A stretch of 64,000 bases of DNA, from assembly GCA_965116495.1 (NCBI GenBank), contig OZ220696.1:4160001-4224000 (forward strand). Direction: 5' to 3'. Below the pieces are notes generated by a model that worked only from the letters and a program-made list of their open reading frames with translations, searched no databases and was not told where the DNA came from. Both the position numbers and the translations under genes were made by a program. Shown one piece after another: positions 57,540-64,000 of the stretch; position 1 is the first letter of the stretch, and each line of letters opens with the position of its first letter. Origin of the DNA: Gammaproteobacteria bacterium. GTDB taxonomy: Bacteria > Pseudomonadota > Gammaproteobacteria > Eutrophobiales > Eutrophobiaceae.

Positions 57540-59195
57540 TTAACAGGGGGCTGGATACGCCGCGCCGGCAGGCCTGATGACACCGTTGCAGTTTTTCATT
57601 GGCACACACAGAACTCCCAGGAAACCGCCGGTTGATTGTGTGGTGGTCCAGTACGTGCATGAAGGTGGCGGGGGTTTTGGTGGTTCAGGTGGTTCTATAA
57701 CAGGGGGTTCGCAATTTTTTGTACCACTGACCCGCTGTGTCGATGCAGGCGCATTACCCGGTTTGCAGTTAGCCGGAGAGGACGTAACGGTGCGGGTCTG
57801 CGCGAACGTTTCACCATCGCAGTAGCTGCTTGCTGAGGGCGACCATGAACCTGTCCTGTAAGTGCAGGGTGGGGTGCAATCCTTCGCGCCGGAAACAGTT
57901 TGCGTGGAAGCCGGCGCGCGGCCACCCTCGCATGGGCTGTTGACCAGGGTGACGGTCCGGGATTGGGCGCCGCTGCTGCCCCGGCAGATGCCGGCCGGAC
58001 TGTCACCGGTCCAGGGGCCGGTAGTCCATCGGCAGGTCGGCAGGGTACAGTCCTTGCTGCCGTACACAGTCTGGCTGGCGCTGGGTGCGCTACCGCCGGC
58101 GCAGGGATTATTGACGATGGTCACGGTGCGGGATTGCGCTACGGTGCGGGTATTACACACGCCGCCGGCGCCGGGTGTCCAGGAGCCGGTGGTGTAGCGG
58201 CAGGTCTCCTGCGTGCAGTGTTTGGCGCCGTAAACGTCCTGTGTTTCGGTGCTGCAATCTGAGATGGTACGTGACTGCGTGAACTCATCGTTGGTGCAAT
58301 AACCGGATTGCGAGGGTGACCAGGCAGTCGGTTGACAGACTTGCGGGCAATTCTTCGTGCCGGTGGCGGTCCGGGTGCCGGTTGAACAGTCGCTGTTACG
58401 GCGGGTCTGGGTGAAGGTATCGCCGCCGCACACGGAAGATACGGCGGGCGTCCAGTCCCGGACAGTACAACGGTTGCAGTTTTTGGCGCCGGTCATGATG
58501 CGGGTATCGGTGGAACAGTCGCTCAAGGTACGGGCCTGGGTAAAACTGTTGCCTTGGCAAATGGTGTCGATTTCAGGAGACCAGTCTGTCGCGGGGCAGG
58601 TTGTCGCACACTGTTTTATACCGGTTGCCGTCTGTGTTTCCATGGTGCAATCGGCCAGGGTGCGGGTTTGCTCAAACGTGTTGCCGGCACACACGGTATC
58701 GGTCCCCGGGGACCAATCGGTAACAGTGCAAGTGTCACCCGGGGGTGGAATAACAGGCGGTGTGCCGGCGAGGCACGCGGAGGGTGAACACTGGGCGAGG
58801 GTCAGGGCGGGGGTGCAGGAAAACGGTGCCCCGGTGTCCCATGCACCGCCGTCATCACAAATACACGCGAACAGGTCGGGATCGCTGTCAATCTTGCTGA
58901 GAAATGAACAGAAACCATCTTCGTTCTTCAGGTTGACGGGGAATCCGCCAGCGCTGCGTTCACTCCATAATTTGAACGCTTTAGACGTGGTTTTACTGTG
59001 TCCCTCCGGTCGATGCCGGCGCACGATACTGGGACTGTCACCCGACCACAGGATCAACGCGTTGGTATTACCGGGCTCGCCGCCGCCGAATTTACCTTCG
59101 TCGCCGTATTCGCTGGTTTGCAAGGTATGTTTATCGACTGTATCGGCATGACAAACACAAATTGAAAAGAAAAGGACAAATAGAGTACGAATCAC
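57540..59195 (-). CDS. secreted cysteine-rich protein with 7 thrombospondin-like repeats
   Basis: Signal peptide, then repeats C-x4/6-W-[ST]-P-x5-C-x6-Q-x-R-T...C...T-[QR]-x3-G-x-K-x-C flanked by Pro-rich linkers. Confidence 0.75.
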   Translation of the reverse strand: MIRTLFVLFFSICVCHADTVDKHTLQTSEYGDEGKFGGGEPGNTNALILWSGDSPSIVRRHRPEGHSKTTSKAFKLWSERSAGGFPVNLKNEDGFCSFLSKIDSDPDLFACICDDGGAWDTGAPFSCTPALTLAQCSPSACLAGTPPVIPPPGDTCTVTDWSPGTDTVCAGNTFEQTRTLADCTMETQTATGIKQCATTCPATDWSPEIDTICQGNSFTQARTLSDCSTDTRIMTGAKNCNRCTVRDWTPAVSSVCGGDTFTQTRRNSDCSTGTRTATGTKNCPQVCQPTAWSPSQSGYCTNDEFTQSRTISDCSTETQDVYGAKHCTQETCRYTTGSWTPGAGGVCNTRTVAQSRTVTIVNNPCAGGSAPSASQTVYGSKDCTLPTCRWTTGPWTGDSPAGICRGSSGAQSRTVTLVNSPCEGGRAPASTQTVSGAKDCTPPCTYRTGSWSPSASSYCDGETFAQTRTVTSSPANCKPGNAPASTQRVSGTKNCEPPVIEPPEPPKPPPPSCTYWTTTQSTGGFLGVLCVPMKNCNGVIRPAGAAYPAPC

Positions 59196-59502
59196 TGTAT
59201 TACAACCCCAAATCCATTAAATTGAGAGTTCAGGCTATACCTATTACGGATCAATGTAAATATTTTTTTGATCGCCGGTTACGGCAATCGGGCCTTGCAA
59301 TGACATCAATCAGTACAAGAGGATATAAATCAGCTATAATCTGCGGCCTTTATAGGACCTTAAAGAACCGGTATCCTGTTGCGCTTTACCGTATCGAGTC
59401 ATACATCACCAGATAAAAGCCCCAACGCGACTACTGGTGCAGTGTTGGAACAGGTGATCAAAGTTCTTCCTTAGTGAATTGAACCCAGGAGACGAGACAA
59501 GA

Positions 59503-60588
59503 ATGAGTGTACCTGTCAACCCCAAAGCAGGGGTCATATTCAAATCCTATGAACCCCTGGCGTCCATGCAGGCCTACGCCCGGCAGACCGAGGAATCCAA
59601 CCTGATGGGCGGGTTCTGGATCGCCGAGGCCTACCACTGGTTTCGCCAGTACGGCCTGGAGGCACGCGGCTGTTTTACCACGCTGGCGGCAGTCAGTATG
59701 GCGACCGGCAAAATTCCCATCGGGCTTGGCATCACTTCACCGTACATGCGCCATCCCACCATACAGGCATCCGAGGCGGCGGCCATAGACGAGTTGTCCG
59801 GCGGCCGTTTCATCATGGGCATCGGTGTGGGCAAGGTGGGCATCGAGTACCTGGAATATGATATTGAACAACTGCGCCCGGTCGGGGTCCACCACGAATC
59901 CATGGAGATCATGCGCAAGGTCTTCTCCGGGGAGGCCTACGAGTACAAGGGCAAGTATTTTGAATCCTCCATGCCGGCATACGACCGGGCCGGCGATGGA
60001 CTGCGCACAGAAATTCCCATCTACGTGGGCGCCACCGGGCCGTTCATGCAAAAACTCAGCGGCCGCGAGAGCGACGGCATGCTTCTGGCGGGGCTGACCT
60101 CTCCCCCCTTCGTTAAATACGCCCGTGAGAATATGGCTGCCGGCGCAGCGAAGGCGGAACGCACCCTGCCGGCTGACTTTCCGGTGGGGGGCGTGATCCT
60201 CTGTTCCTGCTCACGGGACGGCGACAAGGCGCGGGACGCAACCCGCCCCTATACGGGTACCTACGTGGTGAACAAGATCAGGAACATCAAAAACGACATA
60301 ATCCTGGCTGGCTCGGGCTTGCCCGACTCGGCCTGGGACCCGTTCCGCCAGGCCATCGCAGACGGTACCCAGGATCATGTCACCCAGCACGTAACGGACG
60401 AGATGATGCGCCGGTTTACCGTCATATCCGGCACCCCGGAGGACTGCCTCGAGATCACCCAGGAACTGGTGGATGCGGGCCTGAACCTGCCGCTGCTGGA
60501 AGTAGTCGGCGCTGATGAAGCGGATAACCTGGAGACCATCCGCCTGATGGGCGAGGAGGTCGTGCCTAATCTTAGGCCTGCGGCATGA
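59503..60588 (+). CDS. LLM-class (luciferase-like) oxidoreductase, Mer-like, probably F420-dependent
   Basis: WIAE, IGLGITSPYMRHP, DELSGGRFIMGIG, IYVGATGP; near the FO synthase gene. Confidence 0.82.
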   Translation: MSVPVNPKAGVIFKSYEPLASMQAYARQTEESNLMGGFWIAEAYHWFRQYGLEARGCFTTLAAVSMATGKIPIGLGITSPYMRHPTIQASEAAAIDELSGGRFIMGIGVGKVGIEYLEYDIEQLRPVGVHHESMEIMRKVFSGEAYEYKGKYFESSMPAYDRAGDGLRTEIPIYVGATGPFMQKLSGRESDGMLLAGLTSPPFVKYARENMAAGAAKAERTLPADFPVGGVILCSCSRDGDKARDATRPYTGTYVVNKIRNIKNDIILAGSGLPDSAWDPFRQAIADGTQDHVTQHVTDEMMRRFTVISGTPEDCLEITQELVDAGLNLPLLEVVGADEADNLETIRLMGEEVVPNLRPAA

Positions 60589-60688
60589 CGGAATATCGCC
60601 ATACCGGGCTTGGCCATCTTATTCGTCATGCCGGGATTGGCATTCGCCGGAATGACGGGTTGAGTATGAAGATTGAGGAAATAAAACG

Positions 60689-61606
60689 ATGAAACTAGCG
60701 ACATTTGACATTGACAGCAGCGGAAAACGCACCATAGGGGTATACCATAACGGTGTCTACGTGGACCTCGTCACCCTGTCCGGCGGTATGTTGCCGTCGG
60801 ATATGGTCGAGTTTCTCAAAGCCGGCGAGGCCGCCATGGACCAGGCCCGCAGCCTGCTGGTAGGGATCGGAGGCTCGGCCGGCAAGTATATTTATGCGGA
60901 AGATGAGATTACCCTGCAGTCGCCGGTGCCGTTGCCCGGCAAGATAGTGCATACCTCTTGCAATTTTGATTCCCACCTGCAGGAACTGACGACCTGGAAC
61001 GATCCGGAATGGGAGTCCCACAACTGGGGCGATTTTCATTTTGAACACCCTACCGGCTTCCTGGAAGCGCCGTCGTCCGTGGTGCCCAGCGGCGCCGGGG
61101 TCGAGATCCCGGTCTTCACCAGGCAACTGGATTACGAGATCGAGATCGCCATCATCATCGGCAAGGAGGCCTACAAGGTTGGCGTCGAAGAGGCCTTCGA
61201 CTACGTGGCGGGCTATACCATCTTCAATGATCTGTCCGCCCGGGACATCCAGGCCCGGGAGCATTCGAACAAGGTGATCCTGATGGGCAAGAGTTTCAAG
61301 GGTTCCTGTCCCCTGGGCCCCTGGCTGGTCACGCTGGATGAGCTGGACGATCCCCACGACCTGGACATGAAACTGCGCGTCAATGGCGAAGTGCGCCAGG
61401 ACGCTAATACCGGGCAGATGCACTACAAGACCGCGGAACTGGTCTCCTGGTGGTCGCACATGGGCCTGTATCCCGGCGACGTCATCACCAGCGGCAGTCC
61501 TCCCGGTGTCGCGGCCGGCATGGAATCACCCAGGTGGCTGCAGGCGGGGGACACGGTGGATGCGAGCATTGCGAAACTGGGCACGCTGACGACCAAGATC
61601 ATATAA
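60689..61606 (+). CDS. fumarylacetoacetate hydrolase family protein
   Basis: LDYEIEIA, GYTIFNDLSARDIQ, GKSF, PLGPWLVT, PGDVITSGSPPGV. Confidence 0.9.
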   Translation: MKLATFDIDSSGKRTIGVYHNGVYVDLVTLSGGMLPSDMVEFLKAGEAAMDQARSLLVGIGGSAGKYIYAEDEITLQSPVPLPGKIVHTSCNFDSHLQELTTWNDPEWESHNWGDFHFEHPTGFLEAPSSVVPSGAGVEIPVFTRQLDYEIEIAIIIGKEAYKVGVEEAFDYVAGYTIFNDLSARDIQAREHSNKVILMGKSFKGSCPLGPWLVTLDELDDPHDLDMKLRVNGEVRQDANTGQMHYKTAELVSWWSHMGLYPGDVITSGSPPGVAAGMESPRWLQAGDTVDASIAKLGTLTTKII

Positions 61607-61794
61607 TTCACATGGATGTACAGGATATACAGGATTTATTATTGTGTATTATCAATCCAGCCGTATCACGTGTCTGCCTATATCCGCCCCCTTGTGATCC
61701 GGAGTCTCCGCAATTCACGCCACAGGTTACGTTTCTGTGTATGCCCGGATATAAAACCTTTAAATATCCTGTATATCCTGTACATCCATGTTAA
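61607..61794. repeat. MITE-like element with 29-bp terminal inverted repeats, family C
   Basis: TTCACATGGATGTACAGGATATACAGGAT ... ATCCTGTATATCCTGTACATCCATGTTAA (28 of 29 complementary). Confidence 0.8.
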
Positions 61795-61825
61795 GTTATT
61801 ATCCATGTTAAATAAGGTATAAATA

Positions 61826-63100
61826 ATGAATGCTGAAGTGAACAAGGAATTGCTGGCCCGGGCCATCGACCACATCGACCGGCAGCGCCTGGTGAAACTG
61901 GTGATGGACCTGGTCGACATTCCCAGCCCTACCGGTGAAGAGGAGGACGTCGCCCGCGCCCTGCATGAAATTCTCGGCTCGGCCGGATTTGACGCTACCC
62001 TGCAGCCCATCGGCGATGACCGTTATAACGCGATCGGGCGCCTGCAAGGGCAGGGTGGCGGAAAGTCGCTGCTGTTCAACGGTCACCTGGATACCTCGTT
62101 CGGCCCGGAACAGGCCCATCGCGGCCTCGGTTACCAGTGCAAGGCCACCCTGGTCGACAACGAATGGATTTACGGCATGGGCTCTTTCAACATGAAGAGT
62201 GCCATGGGCACGTATATCGTCGCCACGGAGGCAATCAGGAAGGCCGGCATCAAACTGGCTGGCGACGTGGTCATCGCCGGTGTGGCCGGCGAGATAGAGA
62301 AAGCGCCGGTGAACGATTTTGAGGGCAGACAATACCAGGGCTACGGCGTCGGCACCAAGTTTGCGATCACCCACGGCGCGGTGGCTGATTTCTGCATCCT
62401 GGGGGAACCCACCAACATGATGCTGATCCCGCGCCATTGCGGCACGACCTGGCTCAAGATCACCGTGCCGGGGCGCCTGATCCATACCGCCTGGTCCAAG
62501 CTGGAGTCCAACGCGATCAACAAGTCCCGGAAAATCCTGGATGCCATCCACGACTGGATCCCGGGTTATTGCGAACGCAACCAGGTGGGCGATTTCCAGC
62601 CCCGGGTGAACGTCTCCGCCATCGAGGGCGGCTGGCCCTGGCGTGGCGCCAGGACCCCGGACAACTGCTGCATCTACATGGACGTCAGGACCATACCGGG
62701 TGTGATGCCGGTCCAGGTCTACAACGAGGTACGGGAATTGATTGCAGGCGTCGTCGGCGCCAACGAGGAACTGGCCGGCGTCAAGACGGAGATCTTTTTA
62801 TCCGCGCCGGGCACTTCCATACCGGATGACCATGAACTGGTGCAGACCGTCATCAAGGCGCACACCGACCAGCTCGGCAAGCCGCCGCAGATGGGCATGG
62901 AAACCTGGTACAGCGATGCCGCGCACATGAACCGTTACGGCATCCCGACGGTGAATTACGGCTCAGCCGGACGTATCCGCACCACCGGCAGCGGCGGTTT
63001 CTCCACCAGCCAGGGCGAAGCGGTGTATATCGGCGACATGCTGGATATCATCAGGGTCTATATCCAGGCCATATTGATGATCTGCGGGGTTGCGGAGTGA
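61826..63100 (+). CDS. M20 family (ArgE/DapE-like) metallo-deacylase
   Basis: SPTGEE, FNGHLDT, YGMGSFNMKS, GEIE, LGEPT. Confidence 0.85.
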   Translation: MNAEVNKELLARAIDHIDRQRLVKLVMDLVDIPSPTGEEEDVARALHEILGSAGFDATLQPIGDDRYNAIGRLQGQGGGKSLLFNGHLDTSFGPEQAHRGLGYQCKATLVDNEWIYGMGSFNMKSAMGTYIVATEAIRKAGIKLAGDVVIAGVAGEIEKAPVNDFEGRQYQGYGVGTKFAITHGAVADFCILGEPTNMMLIPRHCGTTWLKITVPGRLIHTAWSKLESNAINKSRKILDAIHDWIPGYCERNQVGDFQPRVNVSAIEGGWPWRGARTPDNCCIYMDVRTIPGVMPVQVYNEVRELIAGVVGANEELAGVKTEIFLSAPGTSIPDDHELVQTVIKAHTDQLGKPPQMGMETWYSDAAHMNRYGIPTVNYGSAGRIRTTGSGGFSTSQGEAVYIGDMLDIIRVYIQAILMICGVAE

Positions 63101-63103
63101 GCA

Positions 63104-63320
63104 GTCATCAGTCATGCCGCGCTCGTCATGCCGGGCTTGACCCGGTATCCGGTGGAATACTGAGTCGCCCGCAGGGCGACCCGTTGTTTCACTGGATTCC
63201 GGCTTGCGCCGGAATGACGACAGAGCGATTCGAGCGGGCACCCGCCATTCCGGTACAGTGAGCGGGCGCCCGTCATTCGAGCATCTGTCACCCGTCATTC
63301 CGGCGCAAGCCGAAATCCAG
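63104..63320. repeat. cluster of family A REP-like palindromes
   Basis: GTCATGCCGGGCTTGACCCGGTATCC, CTGGATTCCGGCTTGCGCCGGAATGACG, CGTCATTCCGGCGCAAGCCGAAATCCAG plus partial GTCAT units. Confidence 0.8.
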
Positions 63321-64000
63321 AGTACTGCTGCACGTTACGTTCTCCCTGGCCTTGAAGAACTGCTGTCATGCCCCGATCAGGATATCGGGGAGCTTATGGC
63401 ACACGCGGCCGCACTGCGCGACCAGGGTCACGGCCGGGTTATCTCCTATTCCCCCAAGGTATTCATCCCGCTGACGAAACTGTGCCGAGACGTGTGCTAT
63501 TACTGCACCTTCGCGCAACCGCCGCGGGCCGGGCAACGGGCCTATCTCAGTGAGGGAGAGGTGCTGGCCATAGCCAAGGCCGGCGCGGATGCGGGCTGCC
63601 ATGAGGCTCTGTTCACCCTGGGCGACAAGCCCGAATTACGCTATAAGGCTGCCCGCAATGAACTGCGGGAACTCGGCCATTCCTCCACCCTGTCGTACCT
63701 GCGCGAGATGGCGCAGCGGGTGCTGGACGAGACCGGCCTCCTGCCCCACATGAACCCCGGCGTGATGAGCGGCGCCGAGCTTGAGGAACTACGCACGGTT
63801 TCGGTGTCCCAGGGATTGATGCTGGAAAGCAGTTCGCCGCGGCTATGCCGGAAAGGCGGTCCCCACTACGGGTCGCCGGATAAAAAGCCGCAGGTGCGCC
63901 TGGACAGCATCGGCGCGGCAGGGGAGGCGCAGGTGCCGTTTACCTCTGGCATCCTGATAGGCATAGGCGAGACCCGCCGCGAGCGCCTCGACGCCCTGCT
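63258..64000 (+). CDS. FO synthase (CofG domain, FbiC-type radical SAM), truncated by the window end
   Basis: Own translation: RDQGHGRVISYSPKVFIPLTKLCRDVCYYCTFA...EALFTLGDKPELRY...LLPHMNPG...HYGSPDK...FTSGILIGIGET; start uncertain (GTG 63258 or ATG 63396). Confidence 0.88.
   Translation, partial: MSGRPSFEHLSPVIPAQAEIQSTAARYVLPGLEELLSCPDQDIGELMAHAAALRDQGHGRVISYSPKVFIPLTKLCRDVCYYCTFAQPPRAGQRAYLSEGEVLAIAKAGADAGCHEALFTLGDKPELRYKAARNELRELGHSSTLSYLREMAQRVLDETGLLPHMNPGVMSGAELEELRTVSVSQGLMLESSSPRLCRKGGPHYGSPDKKPQVRLDSIGAAGEAQVPFTSGILIGIGETRRERLDAL

Noticed and set aside
1-64000. CRISPR array, tRNA or rRNA genes
   Set aside because: No regularly spaced direct repeats or recognisable structural-RNA signatures found by eye

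Overview
Bacterial chromosomal segment, most likely a marine Gammaproteobacterium (inferred from gene content). It is dominated by catabolic genes: the end of a phenylacetate (paa) operon, putA/putR, acyl-CoA ligase and dehydrogenase, an orphan squalene-hopene cyclase, a heterotetrameric sarcosine-oxidase-family operon, a five-step histidine utilisation (hut) cluster, and an LLM/FAH/M20 cluster running into an F420 (FO synthase) gene at the right edge. The main candidate for an undescribed system is a split catabolic regulon. Two divergent promoter regions 20 kb apart (about 20057 and 40486) share an identical 13-bp operator-like word. This links a MocD/MocE-like desaturase-fold oxygenase, an XRE-cupin regulator and soxBDAG with a TonB receptor, two hydrolases, an HD-domain enzyme, an AhpD-like protein and a Rieske demethylase-like gene whose stop overlaps the hutC start. 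The two halves are separated by an AT-richer accessory island (about 26090-34790). The island carries a stand-alone LPD38 (phage polyvalent-protein) gene flanked by HEPN-like genes, a TA pair, a frameshifted RES protein and an internally deleted IS1380 element. Also notable are a secreted protein with seven thrombospondin-like Cys repeats and four families of short intergenic palindromic repeats. No rRNA, tRNA or CRISPR array was seen. All family assignments are by motif recognition; no database search was run.
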